From: Octopus vulgaris
Taxonomy: Eukaryota
Length of the DNA stretch: 64,000 nucleotides
Assembly: GCA_951406725.2 (NCBI GenBank)
Contig: OX597819.1
Span: forward strand, 82,832,001-82,896,000
Reading direction: 5' to 3'
Shown here piece after piece: positions 28,101 to 42,599 of the stretch. The notes beneath the pieces were generated by a model that saw nothing but the letters and a program-made list of their open reading frames with translations, did not search any database and was not told the origin of the DNA. A program made the position numbers and the translations under genes. Every line of letters begins with the position of its first letter. The first letter of the stretch is position 1.

Positions 28101-29821
28101 TATTACAGCAAATGCTACTATAATTAAAGAAAATTAATGGAAGTTTCTTATAAACTAAATTGTTATTAATGTTAATGAATCTAAAATATATTCCAGCATT
28201 CCTAACAATAGTCATAATATGGCTATGCAACAAAACACAAACTTAGTAACCTGATCAGATACTTTGCACACCATGTTTCCTTTTCAGATAAAATTTATCA
28301 TGTCACTGTTGCTGTGGAGACTGCCAGCAATTGTTAATATTTTCTTTGTTCTGTCAATGGAAGAGATCTTCTCAACTGATAAATAAAATATCTAAATGTT
28401 CACACCAATACTGATACTGCAGTACATTATGAGATATCAGTTTTATTTATTTTTTTGTATTATAAAAGTTCAAATTGCAATTTTTTTTCAAACTGGTGTA
28501 ATATTCTCTGCTTCATTGAGATTTGTTTGCATTACTGCTGTCACACTATTATTTTCTATTCTACGATATTTATAACTTATGTTGGCCAGAACAGAGTGGA
28601 AGATATATTGAAGTTTTCTTTAATTTGTAGATTTTCTAGAATATCTATTGTCACATGTTAACATGCATATTGTTTAAATTTTATTGCAGTTTCTGTATTC
28701 ATGGTAACAGCCAATGAGAATTTTGTTGGTTTTTTCATTGATTCTTTTTGCAAGACAAAGTGCTGAACATAATCCAAATTGTTTTATAAATATATATCAA
28801 CTAGGTTGTGTTTAAGGTTCTAATTCATTTAAGGTTTTTCATGGCAAATAAAAAGTGATGTTTTTTGTTTTTCTTTTGTTCCTTTTTTTTTCACATGCTC
28901 ATCTGCAATTCTTTGCTTATGTCTACAATGTTTATGAAAGTTCGTGTATAATTTGAAATTGATGTTAAACAGCTTATAATGGTTTTTCCAAGCATTTGCT
29001 TTCATTCTTAATTTTTTAGTTCCATCCTTCCACTAGAATTAACCAGATGAGTAGGTAACATCTCTATTTGTGGTTTTAAGTAACAAACCAGTAGTACTCT
29101 GCTTAAAGAACTTAAACATTTATGGTTGGTCTGTCATCAGATTTCTTATGGTTACCTTATCAACATATATATTTTCAAATGGTTAGTCTAGATATGTCAA
29201 TTCATTGGTTGGCATAGTCCCAATAACCTTAGCTCAAGCAGACAATATATTGTTGGCTAAAAGTGTAAATTGCTATATTGTTTGTTATGTCTGTATTCAG
29301 TTCATGCACTTTTTAGATATACTTTATCAAAGTTGAATTCTTGGTCATCATTGCTTTACTAAAACATTTTGTCAAAATTCATGTCTAGAATATTTCTCAA
29401 TCTATTATATAAACAGCATTTTGACTTATAGTGTCCCTTCGTATTTCAATAAATGGTCTATACAAATCAGCAATATTGTTTTTTTTTTCTTTACTATCAG
29501 TTATGTAATATTAGATCTTTGTCAATATAAATTGTTTTCCTCTTGTGATTCAGTGATATTTATCTCTTGATTGAAAACAATGAGCTTAATTTTGAGGTTG
29601 TGGAATCTAGTATCTATCATATATGGCATCTTTCTGTAACATTTATTCAGTGTGAATTGATTTGTTTTGCAGATACGGAAAATACATAGATATTTCAATT
29701 CATTTTGCAGATAAGTAAGGAAAATAAATGTGTTTTGTAAGCTAGTTTTCTGGAAATACTGACATGTCTTAAGGCCTCTTCTTAAAATACATCTTTTAAT
29801 GGCCTCATATATCCCTATAAG

Positions 29822-29978
29822 GTATTCAAACAAATCAACCTCTGTAATTATTTTTTCAAGTCTGGTACTTATTCTTTTGGTCTCTTTGCCAAACCACCAA
29901 ATTATAGGAATGTAAAGAAACCAATACCAGTTGTCAAATGGTGAGGTGGGGGCAACAAACACAAAGATACACATACAA

Positions 29979-30038
<60 letters not shown>

Positions 30039-30369
30039 TTGAGACTCAGTTGAATTAGGTACTTAAATTAAAGCACCAAGTCAGTCTGGTATTATCCACA
30101 CAACTCGAAGTAAGGTGAATAAAATCAAAATAAGCAACAGGATATGAAGAAGTGATGCAGTACGAACATTTTACTTGGCTCCATTCAATTGAACAAAACA
30201 ATCATTACATCAATTTAAATGCAAAGCTATCATCAGCTGCACAAATAAATAAGTGCAGCTGATAGCCTTGCATTTAAATTGATGTAATGATTACTTTGTT
30301 CAATTGAATGGAGCCGCTTGAAACGATCGTACTGCATCACTTCTTCATATCCTGTTGCTTATTTTAATT

Positions 30370-30416
<47 letters not shown>

Positions 30417-30581
30417 TATATATATAATGGACTCTCACGCAGTTTCTGAACACCAAATTCACTTACTAGGCATTGGTTTGGTTTGCTCAGAGTTACAGTA
30501 GGTGCCATGTATTGGGACTGAAGACAAAACTATGTGGTTGCAAAATATGCTTCTTAACCACACAGTGATGTCAGCACCTAT
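29822..30581 (-). mobile_element. SINE family A copy interrupted by a palindromic element
   Basis: Body 29822-29975 (ctggtacttattcttttggtctctttgcc) and head 30428-30581 (gggactgaa...gcttcttaaccacacag) are reverse complements of the family A parts. Confidence 0.7.
30034..30372. mobile_element. TA-flanked asymmetric palindrome (probable Penelope-like-element pLTR remnant)
   Basis: Arms ~30122-30242 and ~30253-30370, a 10-nt loop and a one-sided ~90-nt extension, with (TA)n on both sides. The PLE origin is inference. Confidence 0.6.
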
Positions 30582-31932
30582 GTGTATATGTATATAAATT
30601 CCACAAGTACTATAAATTTGTTCAAATGAAAGTGAGTTCAAACCTTGCCTTCAGTTTCCTAAAAATATGGGAAGTTTTGATATTCAAGATTCTTTCCTAA
30701 TGGTAGTAGCAACATAAGTTAAGCAATTTTAAGCTTGAACATTAACACTGTTCCCATTCACATTTGAAATCACTTATTTGCCCTTTTATTCCCATAATCA
30801 TAATATAAAAGATATTACTCCTAGTAAAATAAATAAATATAATTGCATTAAGGGTCCTTATCTAACTAGTAAAATGCCAAATTTTCTGTCAAAATATATT
30901 TTACTTGTAAGAGTAAAATTGAAAACTAAAACAATATTTAGTTGATATAATCAAGTGCACTAGGAAGCCATCATTGTGAAAGATCTAGTTTTCTGAAATA
31001 GCAATTACATTATCCTTATTTTATCTGAAATAGAGTCAATATGATACTTCAAATATTAAATAACATTTGCAATTCTATTAATACAAGATAAACACAAAAT
31101 GATATAGATAATGCAAAAATGATACTACTAAATGTGTGTGTATGAGTGTATGCATCTATATAAATATTTATATATATACACACATATACATACACGCACA
31201 CACATACACACACACAACAACAACAACAGCAACAGTAACTATACCATCTATACCATTAAGTTCATAGCCTGGTTTTATGCCACTATTCAAATGGATGTTA
31301 ATCCAAGTAGATGTTGGTGATTCTCAGTGGATATGAATTGGAGCCAGATACTGTCATTAAGCCATGATAAGGATTTAATGGTTTAGTTATTGAACTATGA
31401 ATACATAACCAACAAAATCTACACATTTCCCTGCAAATGCACTCTAGAATTTTTTAATGTAAAGTCATGAAGATGCATGTATTAGATATTCATGCATACA
31501 CAAATACATACATACATGTGTGATTTAAAGAGATGTGAAAAAATATTGAAATATTCAGAGCAAAATTTTGCAAGTTCCTTTATTGGCTTCAGTCATTGGA
31601 CCAAAGCCATGCCAGGGTATTACTTTGAAGGATTTTAGTCTATAAATTGACCTGAGTACTTGCCTCATGTTTATGGATACATCACATAGTCATCATGCCA
31701 GATTATTATTATATATTTCAACATTTGAGAAAATGCATTTTTAAAAATTCATGAAATAACTACGTTCTAAATATTCATGATTTTGCTTTAAAAAAAAAAA
31801 CAAATAAAAGTTATGAAAGAAAACATGAATACTTGACTCATGGTTGTGTATCTTCAAGAGGAATTTTTTTATTGTATGTAATGAGTAATGTGTGGCATAT
31901 ATATATGTAATTATATATATATATGCAACTAT

Positions 31933-32672
31933 TTAACATTCCCTTTTTCGTGTTTGTATGGATCAGATGAGATCCGTTGAAGCAGATTCTTCTTTGCTGG
32001 ATACCCTTCTTGTTACCAACCCTTGCCTGTTTACAAGCAAGGTAATATTTTCCCACACCTAAACATGTTTTTCAAGGAAGGCAAGAAATCAACAATCTCA
32101 CTTGTATGATTAAGATGCTCATTTACAACCATCATGTGATGTCCAGATCAAGATAGACACAAACAAACATACACACACGCACGTGTACACATACATGCAT
32201 ATCCTCAATAGTTCATATATCCAGAAAAGAAGCTGAAGCATACTCTAGAGCATCAGAGCAGTAATAAATATTTTATTTTTAGGGAGTTGAATGTTATGGT
32301 CTGCCATAGAGTGACCATTGGTTTCACGCATACAAAGCACTTAGCAGTACAGACAATTTTGTGTTTAACAAGTCACCTATACTGCTAAGCACTTTATGGG
32401 TGCAAAAGCAATGATCACTCAATGACCGGCCGTAACATTTAACTTCTCAAAAAAAAAACAGAAATATATAAATAGATAGATAGATAGTTAGATATAAAGG
32501 CCATCATATATATATGATGGCCTTTCTTTTGCTTCTGTCTACTAGTTCCATTTACAAGGTTTTGGTTAGTATGGGGCTATTCCTGAAGACACTTGCCAAA
32601 GGTGTCATGCAGTGGGACTGAACCTGAAACCATGGAGTATGGAAACAATCTTCTCAACTACACAGGCACACT
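31933..32672 (-). mobile_element. SINE (family A head + RTE-type tail) interrupted by a palindromic element
   Basis: Head 32515-32672 (gaagacacttgccaaaggtgtcatgcagtgggactgaacc). Tail 31933-32160 is the reverse complement of 33600-33800 and 52590-52850. Confidence 0.65.
32221..32460. mobile_element. Asymmetric palindrome with hammerhead-like layout
   Basis: Arms ~32276-32352 and ~32377-32453; one-sided extension 32221-32275. Confidence 0.6.
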
Positions 32673-32978
32673 ATTCTAAAATAGTCTTAATAATGCAATA
32701 CTTAAACATTATATAAATGAAAAATCTTTTTCAGTACTTTTCAGTTTATAAATTCTGTTTCATTTTGTTCATGAGAGAGAGAGGGCTGTATGTATGAGTA
32801 TGTATGCATGTGTGAGCATGTATACCTCTGTGTGTTTACACATGTGTGTATGTGCGTGTGTGTGTGCATGTATGTATGTGTGAGTATGTGTGTGTGTGTG
32901 TTGAGTGATGCTGGAAAATTTCTATAGTAGACTTCAATGAAGGATATTTTCAATCTGATACAATCATAATATAACTTA

Positions 32979-33323
32979 GGTGCAGATATGGCCTTAGTTG
33001 AGAAGATTGCTTTCATACTAGATAGTTTCAGGTTTAGTTCTACTGGTTGGAAACTTAAGTATCTCCTCCTGTAGCCCAAAGCCAATCAAAGCCTTGTAAG
33101 CGTTTTTGGTACTTGGAAATTGAAAGAGGCTTGACAAAACATCTATAATAACAACTGCAACTTTATAAGTGTAAAATACTGAAGTCGAAGAAGAACCGTT
33201 AATAAGCACAAATACTAACACAGGTTAACAAATTCCAGGAAAATTAATCGATATAGAGCTAAACTAGTGTATACTTGGATGAAATGCATTCCTGAGAAAG
33301 AGCAACCACTTTCCATTTGAGAC

Positions 33324-33369
<46 letters not shown>

Positions 33370-33845
33370 TGTGTGTATTATATGTATATGTATATATATG
33401 TATAAGTATATATATGTATATATGTAAATATATATGTATATATATATATATTTACACATATATATATATATATATTTACATATATACATATGTATGTGTA
33501 TATATATTATATACATATATGTATGTATTTATGTTTGTGTATGTGTATTTGTATGTCTATTTGTGTGCTTGTGCATGTGTTCATGTGTGTATTTGTTTAT
33601 CCTAGTCTTAACATCACACAATACTTTTGAACCAACATCACCACCATACAAGTGATGTTGGCTCTTTCCAATATTCTGTGGAAATATGTCCAGCAATGCG
33701 AAAAATACCTTGCTTGAAAACAGGAGAGGGTTGGTGACAGGAATGGCATGTGGCTGTAGAAAATCAGCCACAACCGCTTTAACTTATGTAAGCATGGAAA
33801 GGTGGTAGTGGTGGTATTGATGATGATGATGTAGGTGATGATAGT
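32979..33845 (+). mobile_element. SINE (family A head, expanded internal microsatellite, RTE-type tail)
   Basis: Head 32979-33132, microsatellite 33324-33595, tail 33600-33845 ending gcatggaaagg...gatgatgatg. Confidence 0.55.
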
Positions 33846-34450
33846 GATGATGAGGTGGATGGATGGATGGATGAATGAGCAGATAGTAGACAAAGGAATT
33901 GATGGGCAGACAGATGAATGAATGGATAGACAAATAGAGAACTGGTTGTTCTTGAGAGAATGGGTGTGAAACCGTACTAAGCAGAAATAAAAAACTGAAT
34001 TGCAAACTCAGCCAGAGTCTGAACGAAGATATTTAAGAGCAGTCAACTTACCAAAGATGAATATATATTTTTTGATCTATAGGTATATAAATAATTTAAA
34101 TCAGCTTCACCTCATAAATAATCATTAATGTGTGTGTGTGTGTCTGTGTGCGCATGCCTGCATGCATGTGTGCATGTCTGTGTGTGTATGTGTGTGCAAG
34201 CTTTTGCCTTAAAGAGAAAAGTATTATTAGTTTGTATTGAATTGCTGGAAAGCACATCATTGTGTCTTTATTATCGTACTTTTTTGTGTTGCTTAATGTA
34301 GCCAAAGAAAAAGCTACTAGATTTTAGAGAAAAATTACTTGCCTTCTTTCCAGAGTCAAACATACCACTTACAATAATATTTTTGTAGAATCATCAGCTA
34401 GTGTTACAAGTTTCTGTATTTTGTAATGAGCAGCTTTAACCTGTACTCAT

Positions 34451-34451
<1 letters not shown>

Positions 34452-34495
<44 letters not shown>
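34452..34495. repeat. (CA)n microsatellite
   Basis: Directly visible. Confidence 0.95.
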
Positions 34496-34497
<2 letters not shown>

Positions 34498-36417
34498 TGT
34501 GCAACCATTTATTTGGGTGGAGAAGAAAGATATATGTTTAGATTAATTGAACTATCCTTATATTTATAAATACATTATCAGCAATGTTTGTTTTCCATCT
34601 ATGAATATACCAGTGAGATAAAGACACCAGAATGTTTCTGCATTTTTAAACAGTTATGCTAGAAATCATGTGATAAATGGTTTTCTATTTTTTCTTTGTA
34701 TAATTCCTACTCTCTTTTTTTTATATTTTAGTTAATAACTTTTATTGTGATTTTTTCATGAGATTTTGTGTACTTTTATAACATCAAATGCTTAAATATA
34801 TGAAATATGCTTATATATTTTTTAAGTGCCTCATCAAGAACTCTGCAAAAGATTATATGAATATGTACTGATTCATCAAAAATTAAATTTTTCCACCAAT
34901 TGGCATATAACCTTTCAGTGTTTTCATTGATCAGAAAATTCAGTTTTTTACCTACTTGAAACTTAACTATTATTTTGAAACTTCAGTATTATTTTAATAA
35001 AATAATGTAACTGATGCTTTTTATTATGATTATATTACAAAATCATATTTTAGTTAAATAGTGCAAACAGTGTGAGTAGAAAGATCTTCATATTAGTTTA
35101 GACATAAAGCTAAAACATTTCACATCTAATCCTCTTACATACAGCAATGATTGAAAAAATATGTATTTTAAAAGTATTACATGTTTTAGAATTTGTATTT
35201 TGAAAAATCTATACCTCAAATATATTTAAAGTATTTAGAGAGTTTCTAACAATCCTGATAAGAACTTTCTAATAAATTACTTGCAAAACAGAAAGTATAA
35301 AAATTTCCTTTAATATTGTTATTTTTTTAAAATATTTTTTTCTTTGTTTCCTTTCTTTTTAATTCCATATTTGATATTACTGAGTTCATAATAGATTTCC
35401 AACCAAGATTCACAAAGTGTATTTTATTTCTCATTGTTTTATCATAATCTCTCCATTATGATTAATTAACATGTCAATATGTTCTCACATTATAGCCATG
35501 TATAAAGAAATATAACACTGAATTTTAGTTTCTAAATATTTCAATGGACCTCTGTTGTTTTGAGACTCTTTGCATATATGGAGGGGAAAGACTCAATATT
35601 TCTACAAAATGCACATCAAAATTAACGTAGCATTTTATAATTTTGGCAGAATTTTCTGATTTTTTTTTCAGATATTACCACTGGCATATATTAAAAATTA
35701 CTCTGAAAACACAATTTAGTATGCACTCATGTTTTAATCTTATATGATATATTCATATGTGTTTTTGTATTTGAAAATATATGTTAATCTATTTAATTGC
35801 ATTTAAATGTAAGAACATAATTCTTTACATATAATTACATTAAATACAGTGTCTATTATATTAATCAATTAAAATCATTGATTACTGTATTCACATAAAG
35901 TATACATTGATGGAATTCTGAAGTGCTGCTCCAGCATGACCGCAGCCACATGACTGCAATAAATTAAAGAATAAAAGAATATGAAAAATACAAGATAACA
36001 AATATTGGTATGTCAAAAGAAGAAAATCAATCAAAAAATTTCTTAAGCTGCAGATCAGATTTTCATGGATCGCAGTGTTTAGATTTCAAATACACACTTG
36101 AATTAAATATTTGCTTATATTAAAGCCCTATATATAACAGAATCCATTTAAGACTCAAGTTTTATTATTCTATTTCCTCAGTTTTCAGAAATGTTCAAAA
36201 TCTCCAACTTAGTTCCTTTTAAAGCAATAAAGCATTACAGATAATATTTCAAAGAAATATCTGTTTGCTATACTAGAAATATCTACGAAGATTGGATAAT
36301 AATTTAAGAAAATTCTTACTTGTCAAATGATAACTATAGTTCATAAACAGTTTTGAGTAGAGATTGAACTTTTGCTTATCACATGACTACACTATCTCAA
36401 AACAGTGGAGTATACCC

Positions 36418-36820
36418 ACAGCAACTCTCAGCATGAAAAAATGTTTCCTGAAGTCATGGGAGCTGTGCTGTTTTCTTACTTTGTAAATATGTCCACGGGT
36501 GTTAGATGGGTGGAGTTTGAAAAGGTGCTCAGAGTTATTGTTTGTACGATGGTTGATAATTTTATGGGTGTCTGCCAAGTCAGCTGCCAGATGTCGGAGT
36601 TTCAATGTGTCCATGCCCAGGGAAGTAAGGCGTTCAGGATATGGCAAATGTCTGATGGAGGGTATTCTTTTGGTTGCACGTTGCTGAACAGCTTCCAGAC
36701 TATTGATATCCTGGGCAAGATAGGGGTTCCAGACCGGTGATGCAAATTCCAGGTGAGGTTTTACCATAGCTATATCTATATAAAGCCGCAGATAGATAGC
36801 TGGAGAGCGGCTCACAAAGG
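36418..36820 (-). mobile_element. CR1/L2-group LINE ORF2 C-terminal fragment
   Basis: LYI..AMVKPHLEFASPVWNPYLAQDINSLEAVQQRATKRIP...YPERL..LGMDTLKLR...TRGH...FRKHFF..RV is the post-RT region typical of CR1-like LINEs. Truncated at both ends. Confidence 0.85.
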
Positions 36821-39003
36821 ATTTAGTTTTGAATAGAAGATGTAGTATCAATATTTAAAATAATAGACCTTCTAGCCAATCAGAATCATTCAATTTTTTC
36901 AATCAGCAATATTTCTTCCTTGTAACATGTGGTATCTGGAAATGTTGCTTCTGTATGGTTGCTTGCTGTGCTAAAATTAGCAGTCAAATATCCAATTCAC
37001 ACCCTATTGTTTTAACAATGATAGTTTGGCTGGAATAACTTTGATTATAATTCTGCTAGGTCAAAACAACAACAGCAACAACCAGTATTGAAGAATTAAA
37101 ACTCCTTTTATCAAAACTGCTATGGTCACTTTCTATTTATTTGCCCATAGTACTATCTGTTATGAAACACCAAATAGTTTCATTAGACTTCTGTGACTTA
37201 AATGCATACAATGGAATTATGTTAGTGACAAGAAGTCAAAGTGCAATGAAATATTTTAATTCTTCTGTTACCATTTCTTTGTTGAAATGCATTGTCATTG
37301 TTTCAATTAATTTTGAAGATAAGGAAGAATATAATAAATAAACTTCATCAAATTAAGCTAGTGTATGGAACATAAATTAACACAGAATTTTGATAGAAGG
37401 TTTAAGACAGGAGTTTTATATCATTGAAACAGAAGTGGTTTCAGGTGGGTTGATAATACTTCATGATATGCTATCAATGAAAAAATAAATGGAAAGTGAA
37501 TATTTCAGTTTTGAGTATTCTTAAATGGCTAGACTGACTCTTCCACATTGTAAGTACTTCAAGTTTAACAGATTGTCACATTTCAAGTGAATTGACAAAA
37601 AGTACTACTCCAAATTATACTTTATATAAATTTATATACAAAAGGTATCTCATCAATTCTTCCCAAATATAAATGGTCCTATTATTTACCTTCATATTAG
37701 TATACATTCTTATTTTCAACTAACGAACATTCTGAATTTTTATAAAAACCCTACTTTCACCCCACTAAAGTTTGCAGTATCATATTATATCAGGCTATAA
37801 TCAAAGTAATGGACTTACAAAATATATTTACATTTTTTAAAAGTAAGAGTAAATATGCTCTTGCTGGTAGTTATATTTTAATTCCTAAATGTTAAAATGA
37901 TGCAAGCTGTTCTCAATGGTTTGAAGTAAGTTCAATTCAAATTGTTGAGAGGAAAATTTTCAGATTAAATATAATGCACATTAGCAGGGATTTGCAACTA
38001 TTTGGTAATTGAACTAATACCTATTTGCTAGCAACAACAGAATACTGAATGTTATCAAAGTTTTAATATTAATCATTTGAGCATTAGAATAACAGAATAT
38101 AGTAAGATTTCAAATTTAACAAATGAATAATGGTTTATCTTTTCACTTGAAATCATTTCAAAAATTCCTCTTTTGTATGAGATTATTTTGCAATATTTCT
38201 TTCTTTAGTTCTTTAATTGACTTTCTTATCTTCAGGCACTAAGCAGGGTCCTGTGTCATTATATTCAAAAATTTCACATTTAAGTTTTTTCTCAATTTAT
38301 TATTATTCCTTTATATTTGGGTCTTTATCTTTGTTTAGAATATTTTTCCTATTAAATGATTACTGGAAATTTTATTGACACTTTTCATCAAAATCTTTTC
38401 ACATAAATAGCTACTTATATTAATCTTTTAAGATACAAGATACCATCATGTCTATATTTATTCTATGGAGTAAAAATAAAGTTTGTAGCTTCATTATACA
38501 AGCCTCCATTTTCTAAAGCATGTCTATTCTAGTATAATAACATTCTTTAACAGCTAATCAATCGAATGATTCTGTATATAACATATGATCCCCATTTATT
38601 CATCTATTTTAGGCTATTAAATTAGTCTTTCTGCCATAATATAGACCCTTGAAAGCTGTTTATTGTTACAGTCTTATTGCTTCCTTTTATGTCAACAAAG
38701 GAGCTTCTACTTAATCAATCATTTTGCCAATCTAGCAGTCAAATCTCCTATAGCAATTCCTTAATATCTTTAAAACGGTCCTATTTTAAGAAATATTTCA
38801 AGTCTTAAGTTTAGAGTATAAGCTCCATGATAAATACAATATTTGGCACATTTAGCAATGCTTTGCTCAGACAACAGAATGCATACCAGAAGTCCAGTGA
38901 AATAGAACTTACTTAACAATGACTATACTGATTTAAGAATTTGGTATATGTAGTTTCCCCTAGCAGGCAGTTATTATAAGATAGAAAGCATATCTTCATA
39001 ATA

Positions 39004-39598
39004 TTAGGTCATCAAGTATGAAATTTGGTAGTAAGGTATATGGTAAACTTTGACAGCTGCTCATTTTGCATCGTTATTATATTTTGACAATCTTTATTTT
39101 TTTGGTTGAAAGCTGACACAACTATTTCTTTATTCTAACTCATTTTGTGCCTTATAAAGTATGCTGCAGCCAACTGGACTAAATGATGCAGAAACATACA
39201 AAAAAACATCTCAGATTAGTCAGCAGATCCACTCCTATTTTACTGCAAGACAACACCAAACATTGGTGAAACTACAGGAGTTGGAGTTGGAAGTTCTCCA
39301 TCATCCTCCATACTCACCTGATCTTGCCTCCACTGACTACCACTTCTTCCAGAATTTGGATAACTTTTTGATAAGAAAAAAATTTAATTCCAACGATGCT
39401 GTAAAACAGGCCTTCCAAGATTTTACTGACTCTAGATTGCCAGGCTTTTACAGTTCTAGGCTGGACAAGCTACTGCTGAAATGGCAAAAGTGTATTGACA
39501 ATATGGGTGCATACTTTGATGAATAAATCTATTCCTTGTATTTATAATACATTAGCAAACTTTTTTCTTTTCTACAAATTTCATACTTGACGACCTAA
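39004..39598 (+). mobile_element. Internally deleted mariner (DD34D-type) element
   Basis: TIRs ttaggtcatcaagtatgaaatttg / caaatttcatacttgacgacctaa, with TA at 39002-39003 and 39599-39600. ORF 39161-39526 has HPPYSPDLASTDYHFF and KWQKCIDNMGAYFDE*. Confidence 0.9.
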
Positions 39599-42500
39599 TA
39601 TTTGGTGGACTTAGAAGTTGGAATTTGGAGTTAAGAAGTAAGGAAAAAGATGCATAGAATACACATATTTATTTTTTTTACTTATTATGAAGTTCTTAAA
39701 TTTCTTGTGAGTGGTAATCATGTATGGTACTATTTCATTCTTTTTAAAAATCTTCAGCATGACATTAACCTGAGGTATATTAATTAAACATTTTATAAAG
39801 TATATTTATTTACAAAGTTTCCCTGCAAAAATTGTCACTTTTCTATTGTCTAATATGCATTTGATTTTAAAAAGTTTATCAATTCTTTTAGTATTTGTTT
39901 CTTATTAAAATCATCCTAATCTTTGCATACTCTTCCAAGAAGATTTGTAGTGTCGTACATGTCTTCTATATGTGTTATGGTAGTCTGATAAGATATTAAC
40001 AAATGACAACAGGGTAGATTTTCGCGTTTCACTTGTAATATTGCAATTGTTGAAAAATTCATGAATGCTGCAACTTCTTTAGATCCAATTATGTAGTCTA
40101 TGTAAGAAATTCTATTATCAGTTATATAAGTCCAGATTTGAAACAAAAGTAGTTAATTCTTCTAACTCACCTGCTAAATTTATGAATGTAGTCAGAGTTA
40201 AATGAGTTTAAAAAGTATTTGTCATAAGTTAACATTTTCCTTTTGCCACATATCTGAATATACTTTAACTTTTTAATGTCCTTATAATTAAATATGCTTT
40301 TTCTTAAATGACTGTTCAATTATCACGTGAATGACATCCAAAACGAAATTAATTTGTCAGCATTTTTTTGAAGTCTATGGAAGCAAATGTAAAATCCCAT
40401 GATTACATAGCAATTTGGTTGCTAATATTTCAACAAATTATGCAGTAGCTACTTTTCTCTTATGAATAATTATAAAAATGACAATCTGAAGTTGTCTTTC
40501 TTATTCACCAGTTTAAAATATTAACTATCAAACTTTTTTTATTGCGTCTTACTATACTGTAACATTTTTATGTTTGAGTAATCAAGTATACGTTCATGTA
40601 CATAACTGTCTAAAGAACATTAACTAATGTTCATGCAGTTTTATTCCACAATATCTGATTGTATATGATATATATGATGGCATTCCCTGTATGTCAACCA
40701 TACTTAAAAGATATGTTTTCAAAATTCACTTTAATACATAAATTTAATAGACCTGTAAAATACTGTGTTGTTATATTAGGTTCAGTTAAGACATTATTTT
40801 TTTAATTCAATCTGAATTGAATGTCTGGTACACCCTTGAATCTTCACACTCACCATGACTAACAGATAGGCAAAAGATGCAAAAGTTTAATACAGTTAAT
40901 GTGTAATGTGAAGTCTTGAAGGTTATAAGTTAAAGAGAGAAACATAGGCATGAGATGGAGTCCAGAGAAATGCCCCGCTGAAAAAGGTACTTGCTAAAAT
41001 AGCAAGATCTAGTTCAACTGGTTTCTTCTATATTGATACACATGGCTTCCCTCTAAGAAGTTTCATGAGAATCCAGTTCCATTAAGATTTGGCTGGAGAT
41101 TAACAATGTGTCATCCATTTACTAAAACAAAATTCAAAGACCAGATGGAAAGAAATAGGTTAACAAATAGTGTCAGAATTTGAAATTGTACTTCAGCCTA
41201 GTCATTTAGTACAAACAAGTCTGATATGAAGAAGATAATTAAGGTAGAATCTCATTTTGGAAACAGAAAGGACTAAAGTCGATAGTCATACTTTGAATAA
41301 AGAATATCAGATTCTTTAAGTTACTAATAATGGAAATTTATTGCAACTTCATATTGAAATGACTCAAATCTTTTAAAATTCTTGACATTTTTAACAAAAT
41401 AAATTCCAACTTTCACATATAGATCTTCTTTACTTGAATGTTTTAGAGAAAATATCATTTTTATTAAGTATCTGATTTATACATGATTGGAAAACAAGAT
41501 TCCAAGTTGTTTTATTGATTTTTATTTAAGTATTATTTTGACCAGAATATATTTTTACTCTATGTAACAGTTCAACTGCTATTGCCTGAATTAAATTTCC
41601 GCTTTAGCTATACATTCTAATTATCAATTGTTAGCTTACTAAAACGTGCCAGACATCTCATGAAATATTGGTTCCAGTTCAGGAAAACCATTCCATCCAT
41701 CTCAAAATTCTGTCTATTAAGAATAAATAGAATACTCTCTATTTTATATGTTTAATGACTGCTGTAGCCATTTCTGATACATCCTTCTAGAATATGCTCC
41801 TTATATTCAATCTTTGCTGCCATTGCAAAAGTTTAAAATTTATTACTTTAACCCAATCTGAGCAGTTACACCTTTTGTGATAAACTATATGACTGAATAA
41901 TTTTGTCAAATCACTTCAGTGAGTAGAACATGTCCAGTTTTAAGATCCATTATTTGTGTTTACTTTGTATTCTTTTGTATAAATTCTTTATTTCATTTTG
42001 ATGTGTTTAATATTTATCTTTCTGTTGCTACTGTTATCTCAATATTGAGCATTTACTTCATGATGAAGCTAATATAACATCTAACTGCTATAACCAATGA
42101 ACTAATTTATTTGTTCAGTATGAGGCTCAACAAAATTTGATTTCACATGTCATCTCTTTGCAATTTCCCTTAAAACACTAGCTGAGGATTCCAGATATTA
42201 CTTGCAGGTTTTCTTCATTGGAGATAACTTAAATCTCATATGAGAACTAATGCCTATTCATAGTCTTATCAATATCTAGTTTCTGTTAGTCGATAGGTTT
42301 GTACATTTTGTGATATACTCCTATTAATTACTGTGTTATTTCATTGTTTTATCTCATTTTTACCTGTTAATTGTTTTACATTAAAGCAAAGAAGATTATC
42401 TCTAGACACTGTTTATTATATCCACAGTATGAATACTCTCATTTTAACATTATGTTTTTATAAAATGGTTGAATTATATTACTTACTACTTTTTATGTAG

Positions 42501-42599
42501 TTAATGTAAGTTTAGTTAAACTTTGTTCCAAATATATTTTAGTTTCTTTTAGCAGTTGAATATTTGCATATTATCATCATCATTATTATTAGTTATTAT

